DNA of 63,917 nt, filler included, from Phoronis australis (Eukaryota; Animalia; Phoronida): the NCBI GenBank assembly GCA_002633005.1. It is 6 parts of 6 records of this genome, joined end to end, with 100 filler letters (N's around TTAATTAATTAA, not from the genome) between each part and the next. Parts side by side here need not be neighbours in the genome. Positions count along the whole stretch, not along the records: positions 27,422 to 41,830 come from NMRA01000854.1; positions 41,931 to 52,790 come from NMRA01001728.1; 4 more parts are not named here. One strand, 5' to 3'. The position numbers were made by a program, and so were the translations under genes. The notes below the pieces were generated by a model that was not told the DNA's origin, made no database searches, and saw only the letters and a program-made list of their open reading frames with translations. Below, in pieces: positions 35,701-48,908 of the stretch; within the stretch, counting starts at the first letter, position 1, and each line of letters begins with the position of its first letter.

Positions 35701-38700
35701 ATACTTTCTTTTCTCTAAAATTGTTATAATTGGCTTCTGAACCAGTGTGTTTCAAAACACTGCACTCTATCTATAAACACTACTGTGCAAAAGTTGCCAG
35801 ATGAGAAGACAGTTCCATTATGTGACATGATTCAATGCAATGGACTTGTCAATTTTCTTAACAATTGAATACATTCACAGTAAAGTAACAACGCTTCTAA
35901 TAAGTAAATACATTCACAGTAAAGGAGCAATTTCTTTAACAAATGAATGCATTCACAGTTTAAGTAATAGTATCTCTAATTACTGAATAAATTTAAAGTA
36001 AAGTAGCAACATTTCTAACATACATTCATAACACTATATTTAACTAATGAATACATTCACAGTAAAGTAACAACATTCCCAATGAATGAATACTTTCACA
36101 TTATCATCATGGAATTATGGTAGTTTACAATTTAAATGCTTGTGGATCTTTACAAGTCATACTATTTTTCTGTGACTTACTGTTGGTTGATTTACGATTG
36201 ACCTTTATTTACAATGCCTTGAAGAGGACTGGATGTCATAGAGTACAATAGTTGGTCCATTTTTCTGCTCATAGACACATGACCAAACTTATATCTTTGA
36301 GCTGTAAATGTTACTGTAAGTAGCTTCATTCAACGTAATTCAGGGTGTTCTATTATCAGACGTGCAACTATTATGCCTTGTTTCATTTTTCAGGTCAGTT
36401 TTTTGGTTTGGCTGATAGCAAAGACTTTGCGTTTGATGAAATTGGAAAAGGTAGGGAAAATAAAATCTAAAAATATTGTATTCCATGTGCCACTTAAACG
36501 TTAATTAGAAATTCTTCGCTTTGACATTTGTGGAAAAACTCCTGGAAATGAGATTTCATTTTCACCTCATGCTTTATGTTGCAGAGTACCCCGCTGAGTT
36601 CCCCATCTGGCAGCTCCGATCCATCCCAGCCATATGTGGCAGCCTATTGGTGCCTCTTGCTTACCAGGTCATCATAGAGTTGGGGCTCTCGCAGCGCGCT
36701 GCTGTTTTGGCTGGACTGACCATACTGCTAGGTGACTCTCCGTTGTCTTAAGCTACAGCATGCTGTACTTTTCAAATTATGATTACAAAGCAAATACAAT
36801 GAATGACTTTAACCTAAAGAGCAAAAGACCAAGAAGAACATTCCATTAGCTATGCAATGAATTTTGTTCATAATTCGTAATTTGATCATATTTAACAATT
36901 TTGTTCAATGGTCATAATTTGATCATATTTAACAATTTTGCTCATCGGTCATAATTTGATCATATTTAACAATTTTGTTCATTGGTCATAATTTGATCAT
37001 ATTTAACAATTTTGTTCATTGGTCATAATTTGATCATATTTAACAATTTTGTTGCTAAAATTAATTCTCACGGCAAGCTAATTGTAGTATTTTGTATTTG
37101 AGAAAAAATTAATTGAAGCAAAAAAATATCAATTCCTCCTAGAAATGTGTGAAGCAACTGCTTAAAACATTTGAAATAATGGTTTTTATTCATGAATTTT
37201 CATTTTTTGTAGATAATGCTCTGATTACCCAGTCGAGGTTCATGTTGTTGGAGCCAATGATCTTATTGGCCTGTGCCACAGCGCTGATCAGTCTACTCAA
37301 GTTTAGAAAATCCAGGTAAGTCAACAGGTGGCTCGGGGGGAAGTATTTTCACTAATTTAGGACACATTATGTCATACAAGCAATATTTTATCATCATTTT
37401 TTGTCAGTTACAAGTAGCTGGACTAAATTACTGTTTCACCGCTTTCAAGTTGATTAGTATAGGTACCAAAAGTCAACATTTTCACAAATTACAGCAACAC
37501 CTTTTTGTTGGAAACGGGTTAGATATTTCCATACTTAGTGCTCTGCACGACCTTTCACAAAATATGAAGTAAGGCAGATTTTGTCCCACCTACCTCGGGG
37601 ATGTTTTTCGAAGAGATTTGACTTTCAGCTAAAAATCAGACTGGATGGATTCTCCTGTTTCATGAATTCGGCCTAAGCATCAGAAAATCTGTTGACAACT
37701 CGAAGTCAAAAGACAGAAATCGGTAGCCTGCTCGAAGCAGAGTAGAAGCCAAAGTCAAATAATCAACTTCTGGATATGGCCTCTTCGAGAATCAGACCGC
37801 AGTTGTGGTACTGATCTTTTACCTGAGGCTTGTAAGACCCAGGGCTTGGAATGACCAATGACAAAAAACGCGGAAACTTTGAAACTTTTACGGCCCAAGT
37901 CATGCCCGATAAACAGTCTTGAAATGGTCAATGTGAACCTTTCCCCGACAAAAATCGGGAGGACTAAAAAAAAGAAAAAAAAACGATACCACCATCAGTA
38001 GCATGCGTCTGCGTCCTTTTAGCTCGCCCGACCACTCCCAACCCACACATTTTTGGCTGCAGAGCGGTAGTATTTGCCGCCGCGCTTAACAATAACACGA
38101 GACGCCATTGAAAATCACACCACACTGTCCCAGATGCCCCGGCAATGTTGACAACTTACGTTCCTCCGAAACATAAAGAGCAACTTCCGCTTTTCGAGGT
38201 GAACGTCGTCTCCAACGCCGCGGTAAGAAAGGAATTTGCCGCGGAAATTTTATATCAAATCCGATTTTTTTACGCGGAAATATTATAAAAAAAGCGGAAA
38301 GCACATTTGAAAAAACTGGAAATCTGCGTTTCCGCGGAAAATTCCAAGCTCTGAAGACCCCATGTTGGTTTTTCACATACATAGACACAGAGCTTATGCA
38401 TGGTTATGCCACAAGGGGGCGATTTTGTCGCTCTTCCCCTGCTGAGTGAGGAATCTGGCAGGTGGATATTACTTTATTATTAACACAATGTGCTCTGTAT
38501 GTGAGATATACCTAGTTGTTTTGTATGAAAGACTTGGTTAATCATAAATTAAAGAATATAATTTAGCTTTCAGTGAATAGAATTTAATTTTGGCCACATA
38601 ATAACTATTGCACACATGAAGAGATTTGTGCATCAGTACAACTTATTATATAATAGGCATATGTCTCGGGTACCATAATGCTAAACAGGTTGAATGTATT

Positions 38701-40837
38701 CCGTCCATTATCTTGTGTGAAAAAAGTTTTTACATAATCATGTTTCCTATTTCTTTAAAAGATGCAAGCTCTGTGTTTTAATGAACTGCTGTTCAATTAA
38801 TATCCTACCAGGTGACTTAATAATTTTTTCAAAAACTTAAAATCATAAAATGGTTTTGCAAAACAGAAGCGGGAGAATGTGCCAATTTACGTATATCCAG
38901 ACTTTTAGATTGTGAATTTCAAACATACTATTACTAGACAAGTGTAGATTTCTAATATTCGTATTTTTCAGTCCATTCACTCCGGATTGGTGGTTTTGGC
39001 TGTTGCTAATGGGTGTCTCTGCTGCATGTGCATTCTGGTGAGTGGGCCATCTTGTAAATTACTCATATGGAACAAATACAACGATGCCTACAGCTTCAGC
39101 TTTCTAAAAATCGAATTTCGAACTAGGCCTTTTACTCTCGTAAAATTGGTTTCAGAATATGTCTTACCTTGATAGGATTCTATTTTTGAACATCGAAGTC
39201 ATCGGCAACTCAAGAAAACGCGTCACGGTAAAGAAAATTATGAGACCGATTTGATGAGAGTCAACGGCCTAATTCAATTTTAATTGTTAGTCAGCTAAAC
39301 ATGGGAATGAATTGATTGAAGTGAACTGTGTTTTTTTTCTCACATTCGTTTGAACAATATTCGATTCATTATTCATTTTTTGGCTCAATATGGCTGCCAA
39401 TCTCTAAAAATACTTTCCCCGTCATAATCACCTGTAGGAGTGGAAATATGGCTTTGCATTTGAAGACAGTTTCCTTATTTGGCAACACACGGAACAGTGG
39501 TTATTAAAATATCAGTATTTGAAAAGAGTCTCTGAGGGTGAGCAAAACGCAATCTTCAAAAGCCATTCGGTCATTCCTTCATTTTCATATAGTGCTTATC
39601 ATAGCTGTTCCTGTACGTAGTTATTTTTTCTTCAACCTCTTATTATTGTTGTTTGCCGTGTACATGTAATGTTATGTTGAAAAGTACACAATCTCACAGT
39701 TAAGTCTGATTCACACTTACTGCAGACCAGATTGTGAGCGAACACCCTAATACAAGATCTAACCTTTCATCCAAGACTAAGTTGTGTGTGAAATGTTAAA
39801 TGTGACAGCTGGAACCCGTACAAGTCGAGCCAACCTAGTGTGAGACAAAAACCACAACTAGCACCGCCAGTTGTCTCCGCCCTCTCAAGTCTGCAAACAT
39901 TAGACGTTGATACTGGAAGTAAACAGTCACCCTTTAGAATGTGTGATTTCTAAATTCTACTTCCCAGGTCTTTGTAGATCGTTCAAACATATGAATAGGG
40001 ATGGAATTAGTTGCGTCTCAAGGTGACCATTTAGCTAGAAGCAGTAGCTTTACAATTCTCTTTGGCGGTGTTTACTTAGAAGAGTTGTGTTTTTCTATTT
40101 CTCACTGCTATCAAAGTACAACGTTTTGAAAAGTTGAATGAAAACATCTAATGTAATGTCGAAGGAAACACACACGATTGAATAAGGCTCATTGATGAAT
40201 AATTTAAATATATTGTACACCACAAATTTCATTGCTCAATGCTCACCTATCGATAACAACAAAACATGAATCAGGCAATGCAAAAAACTCAACGTTTAAA
40301 TTTTACAAAAACTGAGTCACACCTCGTGCATCCACAGTTATAGAGTTATTGTATAATTCCGTAACTGAGATGTTGAATTTGTTGCTATGGTACAAAACAA
40401 AAATAATCAGAGATAGTACCGTCCCCCCACTGCTAATTCAGAATTTTAGCAGCAAAAATTACTGGTAATAATATTAGGGAGGCAAAATGTTAATTACAGT
40501 ATGGCTTCGCCATGTGATATAACTTTCTCGGTATTTCCTTATCTTTCTCAAGCGTAACAGAACACTACTGTGAGTGGTGAATTGAGTGTTCACCCAGCTG
40601 TCAAGGCAGGAAATTCTGGGTCAATTTGTCTGAATTCTTTTGTCTTGTACTGTGTTTGTGACATGTGTAACTTGCTCATTAATGTTCATCCAGTTTTAGC
40701 GTGACTTAAATACTAGACCCTCAACGCTCCTCGTCTGTTTCAGTATCAAGTATGTCGGTGGCTTCACCTTTCTCCTTATGTTGTCGTTGGCTGTGCATGA
40801 TTACTGGAATCTTTTGTCTGATCGTACAACGTCTGCT
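32723..40837 (+). CDS. POMT1: Protein O-mannosyltransferase 1, partial (N-terminal PMT domain; start exon and all later exons not in view)
   Basis: Exons 32723-32901, 34717-34820, 36394-36450, 36585-36731, 37213-37315, 38972-39037 and 40744-40837 splice in frame. Translation: LALVTRFWRLGYPRTIVFDEILFG..YFDLNPPLG..IGKEYPAEFPIWQLRSIPAICGSLLVPLAYQVIIELG..DNALITQSRFMLLEP..SPFTPDWWFWLLLMG..CIKYVG. It has the PMT catalytic DE motif and closely follows POMT1 as I recall it. Confidence 0.92.
33567..34631 (+). mobile_element. Complete HINE/DINE-1-like Helentron non-autonomous element in a POMT1 intron
   Basis: T-run, then subTIR ATGCGCCCAC (33572-33581) pairing with GTGGACGCAT (33592-33601), a (GTCC)n microsatellite, ~4 core units of ~150 bp, 3' subTIR GTGGGCGCAT (34596-34605) and 3' hairpin CAACGC-tcc-GCGTTG. 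TT flanks, no TSD. Confidence 0.85.
35865..36100. repeat. Degenerate AT-rich minisatellite (~40-bp unit)
   Basis: Recurring aatacattcacagtaaagtaacaac motif, about 6 copies. Confidence 0.7.
36878..37053. repeat. Minisatellite, 37-bp unit, ~5 copies
   Basis: cataatttgatcatatttaacaattttgttcattggt repeated head to tail, near-identical, with no spacers. Confidence 0.92.
37840..38353. mobile_element. Non-autonomous hAT-like element with 6-bp TSD AAGACC
   Basis: TIRs CAGGGCTTGGAAT / ATTCCAAGCTCTG. AAGACC lies at 37834-37839 and 38354-38359. Subterminal CGCGGAAA repeats. Confidence 0.88.
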
Positions 40838-43138
40838 GTAAGTGTGTAACCCATTGCCTGTGGCCTGTGGGTGGAGACATGTCGTGCTAAAGTTTTCATG
40901 AAAGAGCTGAAAGATATTATCAAAATCTGATTGTCCAGTTTTGTCAAAATGACAGTGTTTCTTAAAATTAACTATACATTCCAACGTCAAAATTCGACAA
41001 TGATTTGTCGTATAAATCTGTAATTGAATGTCTTTTTCTTTTTGACTAGAACCCATTTCAGATATGGCAAAATGTTGACAGGCATTGCTCCATGCTTTTT
41101 ATGGAAATAGCTACAATGGGCCCATTCCTAGAAACTGACTTAAGTTCATTTTTGACATAAGCCTAAGATTTGTCTCAAGAATTAATAGCTAGGTTCATTA
41201 ATTTCACACCGAGTTCTTACTTAAGTTTAAAAAATGCTATTTTGTTGTGATAAAAGCTTGATAAAACCGCCAAATTATTCTGACAAGAAGTTTGTCCGCG
41301 TTTGGCAGAGTCTTTCGGAGTTTTTTTTGAAGTTTGTCTAGTTTATTTTGAGAACAACTGTGCATTAAAAAGCGGGCTGAGAAGGATACGAAATGAGGAA
41401 TATTAAGTGTATTGTGAGTTAATTTGTAATTGACCTATCGCCAGGCTTAACTGACCGTTTAGAATGCAGCATTATTGACACACCTTTGTTTCCAAGCCGC
41501 CATTTTACCCGACAAACAACACGTTGCCAGCTAAAACTTATTGTCTGTTAGTCGACATTACGCAAAAGGGCAGAGCTTGGTCAATTAGCCCAACACTTTC
41601 GTGTTAAGCTGTAGTAATTTCCCAAGTTGATATGTGTTCTTACCTGCAATTTGTTGGTCACATCACAGGACCTATCGTTATTGTGAGTTAATTTGTAATT
41701 GACCTATCGCCAGGATTTTGAGTGACGGCTTAACTGACCGTTTAGAACGCAGCATTATTGACACACCTTTGTTTCCAAGCCGCCATTTTACCCGACAAAC
41801 AACACGTTGCCAGCTAAAACTTATTGTCTGNNNNNNNNNNNNNNNNNNNNNNNNNNNNNNNNNNNNNNNNNNNNTTAATTAATTAANNNNNNNNNNNNNN
41901 NNNNNNNNNNNNNNNNNNNNNNNNNNNNNNTACGCATAATTTTTTCTATCATCACAATGGTACTGGTATGTTTTTACCTTCAACAATAAGTATTTTGTTG
42001 ATCATAATTTGTTAACTTGGAAGCTCATAACCTAAACATGTGTATATTATGTAAGTTGAGGTATTTATATATTTTGATGGGCAGCATTTACAGATGTGTA
42101 TTTTTTAACAGATCTCACTTTGTCCCTAGGTCCTCAGTATTATTTTTTATAAACTAGAGTATTGTACAGTCATGTTTATTTTCTGGGTGAAGTTGTTTCC
42201 TTTTTCCTATTATATCTATTTGTATGCATGTTTTAAAAATAAAAACTTGTGTGATTAGATATATTGCTTATCTTTCATATTACTTCATTTATTGTAAAAT
42301 AATTGCAATGGAAGTGCAACCAACCTATTGGGATGTAACGTTTCTACAAAATTCGTTCTCAGCCAATGTAACTACCATATAACAGGTTTCTGGTTCCTCC
42401 ATATTAAAATCCAGGTCAAAAAGAAGGTCACAAGTAGTCCTATTCAGTTGGAGAATTTTATGATGCCATCTTAACTGAGGCAGGCCAGCCAGCTGGCTCT
42501 CTATTGTGTTGGCAGGGAATGGGGTAATTGAAACTTGCGCTTCAGTTAACAATTCTAATTGGGGTTTGGCTTGAATTTTCAGCAGGGATAGATTCGTCAT
42601 GTACTTGGACTTTGCTGACAAGTGTGTATGCCCTAAACCGGTAAGCAATGGTTGCCTCTCTTCAAGAAATATCTGATACCTCTATAGCTTTTTAGTTGTC
42701 TCTCGTCAAGAAATATGCCTTCTTGAGTAGCTAACAGTATATATACTCAAACAGAATAAAGGTGGGCGAGTTAGATCAAAATATAAAACCCACAAACTTA
42801 CTCCAAATGCTACTCATAGTTCCAAAACAACTGTCGGAACAATGTCATAGAATTCCAACTATGAAATTACAATTTTGCCAAATATGGTCACAGACAGACA
42901 AACCTTTAAGTAATTTCTGATGAATAACAACAAGACTATATTGTTGATAGAAATGGCTCACCCCAAAGTTGACCAATTCCGGTGAATTAAAAAGTTACAG
43001 AACTCTACTAGCATAACATAAACACATGGTCAAAGACAAATATGCTGATTCTTCATTTCCTATGCACTCACAGAAGGCAATAAATTTCAGTACACAACTA
43101 ATACCTTTAATTAATTGCACAACAACCACCACGTACTT

Positions 43139-43359
43139 TGTTACGTTCGTTTATTAGTTTAGTTTTTGTGGAAGTCGCTAGGTGGCGCACCACGTTGTGC
43201 GCAGGCGTAGCTCGCCCTTCCTGGCCCGGACATTTTGTAAAAAGGTCACGTTTTTTGTTTCGCTCCTATAGGATATATTTGTCAATCACAACCTCGTGAC
43301 AATATAGTAGCCAAGAAAGAGAACCGGTTTATTTTTTGTCTTGTGCACTGCCATTCCTT
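43139..43359 (+). repeat. 5' LTR (alignable part)
   Basis: tgttacgttcgtttattagtttag...gccattcctt matches 48909-49129 with scattered substitutions. Confidence 0.9.
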
Positions 43360-43429
43360 ATATCACTGACAAATGCCTTGAGAGGGGCTACGTTCGGGGC
43401 CTGGAGAGCCGGCAACTCAGGAAGAAGTT

Positions 43430-44185
43430 ATGGATGAAGAAGCCGTACAACAACAAACTAGTCAAACCATCACAAGTGACATAGTAAGAGAACTTTCGAA
43501 GCAAAAAGATAAAAATATCGCCTTTTATTGGTGACCCACTAACTTATAGAAGATTTCTGAGACAGTTTAATCACTGTATCGAGTCAAATACTGATAACTT
43601 TGATGAACAGTTAAATTATTTGGAACAGTATACACTTGGTGAGCCTTTGAAAATTGTTCATGGCTACGGTGCTCTGTCGAGTAGCAAGTTAGCTGTGGAT
43701 TCTATTTTCCGTGAATTTGAAGATCGTTATAATCAAAAATCCATTATTGCCAATGCCTACATCAAAAAGGCATTAGGTTGGCCCATCGTGAAAGCTGAAC
43801 ATCCAAAGAGTTTGGATGAGTTTGGACTCTTTCTTCTGGAATGTGGTCTTGCAGTGGAAGAAATTGGTAGCATCAGCATTCTAGACTATCCTGACAATAT
43901 TCGCCAGCTTGTGTCTAATCCCCTTCAGCTTACAAGAACGTTGGAGATCTAGAGTCTATGACATCAAGGAAAAGGACGAGGTGGTTACGTTTAGTGATTT
44001 TGTGGCGTTTGTAAAGAAGGAAGCCAAAAAGTCCAACGATCCAGACTATGGAAAACCATCATATCAGAAATGACAACACGATATACAAAACCTAGTATGA
44101 CTAACAAACAATTGAAACACAAGTCATTAGCTACCTCTATTGAAGAACATGGCAAGCGTTTTTTGTGTGGCTCTTGTAGCCATGA
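43430..44185 (+). pseudogene. BEL/Pao gag remnant
   Basis: F.GDPLTYRRFLRQF..IESNT...QLNYLEQYTLGEP...AYIKKALGWPIVKAE..LDEF.LFL, frameshifted, ending in a truncated Cys/His knuckle (FLCGSCSHEL). Confidence 0.75.
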
Positions 44186-44188
44186 GCT

Positions 44189-46936
44189 GTGTATCATCCA
44201 CGTAAACAGAAACTTAGAGTAGTATTTGATTGTGCTGCAAGATTCAGTAGTGTTTCATTGAATGATCTACTTCTCTCTGGTCCCAATTTGACAAGTAGTC
44301 TGCTAGATGTTCTACTTAGATTTCGCCAAGAGCCCTATGCCATCACAAGTGATGTTGAGTCTATGTTCCATCAGGCTGTGGTCCTGCCCAAAGATAGAGA
44401 TTGTTTGCGGTTCTATTGGTTTCCCGATGGTGATCTGCAGCGAAACCCCGAGATGTACAGAATGACCGTCCATGCTTTTGGTGCATCTTCGTCCCCTGCT
44501 TGTGCCAGTTTTGCCTTTCAGCAGACAGCGATTGACTTTAGTAGTGAAGTTTGTAGCACGATTTCCCATAATTTCTATGTAGATGACGGTCTAAAAGCAG
44601 TTCCCACTGAAAGTGTTGGTTTAGACAGAGTGAAACAGTTGTCTAGTTTGTGTAGTCTTGGAGGTTTCCATCTCACTAAGTGGTCTAGTAACAGTAGAGC
44701 CATAATTGAAGATGAGAGGTCAAAGGAGCTTCAAGATTTTCAACTCGACTTAGACAAGACCAATCAAGCGATCCCTTCTGAAAGAACCCTTGGGGTATTT
44801 TGGCACCCAAAGAAAGATACATTTGGTTTCAACCTTAGTTTAGCCGAGAAACCAGCAACAAGACGAGGTATTCTGTCAACAGTTTATTCAATCTATGATC
44901 CATTAGGTTTAGCAGCGCCCATGGTTTTGCCTGCTAAAATCCTTCTCCAGGCTCTTTTGAAGCAGAATGTTGATTGGGATGACAAGATTGCCGAGCCAGA
45001 CAATGTTATTTGGCAAGATTGGTTGAAGACTATTCCTGTAATTCAACAGACTGAAATTCCAAGGAGCCTCAAGCCAAAGGATGTTGATGTAAAAGCATGG
45101 CAACTACATGCTTTTAGTGACGCCAGCGAAGTTGGTTATGGTGTCACAGTCTACAGTAGATTAGAAGACTCCAATGGTCAAGTTTTTTGTAGTCTTGTTA
45201 TGGGTAAGGTTCGAGTAGCACCAAACAAGAAAATGACCATCCCAAGATTAGAGCTAAAAGCCGCTACCCTAGCCGTTAAAATTGTCAATTTGATTTTGAA
45301 AGACGTTGACATCAAATTCGATGCCACTTATTTCTGGACAGACAGTACATCTGTACTTAGTACATCCAGAACACTACTGCAAGATTTAGAACCTTTGTCG
45401 CCAATAGACTGGTTGTGATTTTAGAAGGTTCTACCCCTCAACAATGGAACTACGTCAGCACCAAGGAAAACCGGGCTGATGCAGCATCAAGAGGTATCCT
45501 GTGCAGAGACGAGAAGTCAGTTGAACAGTGGTTACATGGTCCGGAATTCCTTCACAGCTGTGAATTCGGATGGCCAAAAGTTTCCATCACTCTAGACCTT
45601 AGCCAAGACGACCCTGAAGTGAAAGTAGTAGCCAGTACAGTAGTCAAGGTTTTGCAGCCCCTTGATTTTTGTGAAGATTTCCAAAATCTCATTGAAAGGT
45701 TTTCAAGCTGGGGAAAACTTCTCCGAGTGTCTGCATATATTTTGCGTGCCAAGAATCTCTTCAAGCAGTTGCTAACAAAATAGCAGCCTTCGACTAGAAG
45801 TAGTAAAGTCGCGTTGTCGTTACGTGCCGCCGAGATGTTCATCATCAAATATGTTCAGAGAAAATACTTGTTGACCGGGAAACCTATGAAAGCCAGTGTT
45901 CAGAAGTTAGATCCCTTCTTAGATGACCAAGGTGTGCTAAGAGTAGGTGGCAGATTGGTTTGTGCAAGTTTACCTGATGATACCAAACATCCCATTGTTA
46001 TTCCTGGTGACAATCCCGTCATGTCCCTTCTAGTTCAAGACATGCACAGAAGATTAGGCCATGCTGGAAGAAACATAGTGCTTACCAAGCTTCGTGAAAG
46101 ATTTTGGATTATGAAACCAAGCAAGACTGTGAAGAAGATTATGTCAAGATGTGTTCATTGTAGAAGATACCTCGGAAGACTGGGAGAGCAACAAATGGCC
46201 GACTTACCTCTTCAAAGAGTCACTGGTGATCACAAACCATTCACCAACTGTGGAGTCGACTACTTTGGTCCTCTTGAAATCAAGCGAGGTCGATCTGTTT
46301 ACAAGCGTTACGGGGTTCTATGGACTTGTTTTGAATCTCGTGCCTGTCATTTGGAGCTAGCAAACTCATTAGATCTTGACTCATGTATTAATGCTATTAG
46401 AAGATTTATTTCCAGGAGAGGTCCTGTCAACTGGATGAAGTCAGATAATGGGACAAACTTAGTGGGTGCAGACAGAGAGTTGCGAGCAGCCATCAGAGAA
46501 TGGAATGAAGACAGACTTCACGCTGAGTTGCAACAAGAAGACATACAGTGGGAATTCAACACCCCTACTGCAAGTCACCATGGTGGGCTGTGGGAACAGC
46601 AGATAAGGTCAGTCCGTAAAATTTTGTATGGTTTAACCAAAGAGCAGTCAAAAATTGTTTTGCGAAGTGGAGTCCATTCTTAATAGTAGACCACTTACAG
46701 TTTTGTCATCTGATCCCAGAGATCCAGTACCCTTGACTCCTAATCATATTTTGATGTCTACATCTCAGTCTGGAGAACAGTTTGCACCAGGCATGTTTGT
46801 GCAAAATGACATGTACGTGAAACGCCGTTGGAGACAAGTTCAGTATTTGAGCAACATATTTTGGTCAAGGTGGAAGAAAGAATATGTCCTGTGTCTTCAA
46901 GAAAAGCAGAAATGGCTCAATCAAAGGAGAAATTAG
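44189..46936 (+). pseudogene. BEL/Pao pol remnant (RT, RNase H, integrase)
   Basis: RT: KLRVVFDCAA, SLNDLLLSGPNL, DVESMFHQ, FGASSSP, FYVDD. RNase H region: YDPLG, LHAFSDASE..YG, TIPRLEL, FWTDS. Integrase: H-X4-H..CVHC zinc finger, GVDYFGP, SDNGTN. Frameshifts near 45360 and 46655; in-frame stop at 45781-45783. Confidence 0.93.
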
Positions 46937-48051
46937 AAAATTGGTGATATAGTGCTTGTGTTTGATACAATCGTCACCACATCCTCATTTCTGATCCGTA
47001 TTATCTCAGGAACATAGAGCTGAGAACCATCGTTGGCGTGGATACAGTTTTCCGTTCCCCATAATTAAGCTTCAAGCGCCTTACCAAAAAATCGAGTGTC
47101 AACGTTTGCAAAAGGTCCACCTTTCTAAAAATTCGAACTACTCCCCGCGCAATGCTGGCTACGGGCCTGCGCTGCCCAGAAACAAACCAGGGTTACATAT
47201 ACTGCAGTCGCATCATCCGCATTTGGTTTGTGAACAGTTAAACAAGAAGACCTAAAGCACCAATGCATATTGCTAATAATCAGTCAAGGCATGTTACACA
47301 ACAAATATTTAATTACATTTTCCATCTGGTAAGTCTGGTAAGCCGATTGTGTTCAGAGTCAGAAACATCACTGTTTATGTTTTGAGGCCTTGTTTGAATT
47401 TCTTGTCAGCATTAACAATCCTGAAACAGTTGCTGGCAGCCGACTGTATAAATTCTAGGACTTCAGACGCCAAAGATTTTGTTGTCTTTCTCATATTTCT
47501 AAAATTTTTGACAAGTTCAAAACAATAATTTTTTCGCTGTCTGAAATTCAGGAATTTTTACCATATGTCTTTATGAGGAAGAATAGCGTCGTATTATAAG
47601 TATAAACAGCCTGAGAAGGTTTAAGAGCGTAAATGTCACACTTGTTACCTTAATGTCCTAGACACAGTAATTGTCCACTTTGTTATTCAGATGGAACTTG
47701 AGAGACTGGAACTGCCTGTGTGTTAGGGGCATTTTTGTGCTGACGGCCATTTCCACAGCTGACTTAATCTCCAAGATGTTACCACGCAGATCTTTTTGAT
47801 GTGACATCACATTGTACATAGCATCAACAAATGGTGTGGGATGCAACTCTCTCTACATATTCTGAAAAAGACATTCTATTTATAAAACAAAAGCAAGACC
47901 AACAAACCTGGACAACATGTTACAAGGAGGTTTTACAAACAATAATTTTTATCTCAATGCTAAAACCTGGACAACATGTTACAAGGTTTTACAAACAATT
48001 ATTTTTATCTCAATGCCATCTTCATGCCATGAATAATATGCTTACACAAAA

Positions 48052-48412
48052 GTCTACATCTCAGTCTTGAGAACAGTTTGCACCAGGCATGTTTGTGAAA
48101 AACGACATGTATGTGAAACGCCGTTGGAGACAAGTTCAGTATTTGAGCGACATATTTTGGTCAAGGTGGAAGAAAGAATATGTCTTGTGTCTTCAAGAAA
48201 AGCAGAAATGGCTCAATCAAAGGAAATATTTGAAAATTGGTGGTACAGTGCTTGTGTTTGATAATTCACCAAGAAATGTGTCTCCCATGGGCAAAATTAT
48301 TGGTGTCAAACCTGACAACAATGGCTTAGTACATATTGCTACAGTGCAAACACAAAATTCGCAGTATGAAAGACCAGTCACCAAATTGTGTTTATTGCTG
48401 GAAGCTGATTAA
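48052..48412 (+). pseudogene. BEL/Pao integrase C-terminus (second copy of 46756-46967, continuing to the natural stop)
   Basis: [26 protein letters not shown]...G.VLV....PR...MGKII.V.PD.NGLV.IATV.T....[15 protein letters not shown]. Confidence 0.88.
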
Positions 48413-48908
48413 TGGTGTTATTTTGTGTGTTGTGATAATTGGTATTAGGAGAAAATACCTGGAGAAGATAGTTATTTGGTATAATGCTAAAAAGTCTATT
48501 TGGCATTATAAGTTGTGATGGATCTGTTGATTATATTGTGATGGATCTGTGTGATTTATTGTGGTGATGGATCATTGATTTACTTGTGTTGCGCATATAT
48601 CAACCTTTGAAGACAAGTCAAGATCAAAGAACGTTTGTATGGACTAGTGCGTAAAAACTGTTTTTCGTTCGCAGACATTACATGACTTTAATTTACGAAC
48701 ACTAGATTTTTGATCGTTTATTCCATATTTTTGGTGTGTGTTTACATTTTAGCGTGACTGTGTTCTTTAGAAACACTGTCTTGTGGTTTGCTAGGCCAAG
48801 TAGCCTTAGTTGACAGTGGGTATCAAGAATGCCATTTAGTAGTAAGTTTGTAAACAAAAGATGTAATTTAGTTAGTTGTATAATTACTTCGTAATTAAGG
48901 AATCTGAG

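Noticed and set aside
36878-37053. 37-bp repeats resembling a CRISPR array
   Set aside because: Head-to-tail units with no unique spacers, inside a eukaryotic intron, and no cas genes.
41409-41830. Local duplication of an interspersed repeat at the end of the POMT1 piece
   Set aside because: Near-identical copies at a contig end may be assembly redundancy, and the family is already recorded at 23246.
42325-42648. 107-aa minus-strand ORF before the LTR element
   Set aside because: No recognisable motif or partner exons. It needs BLASTX.
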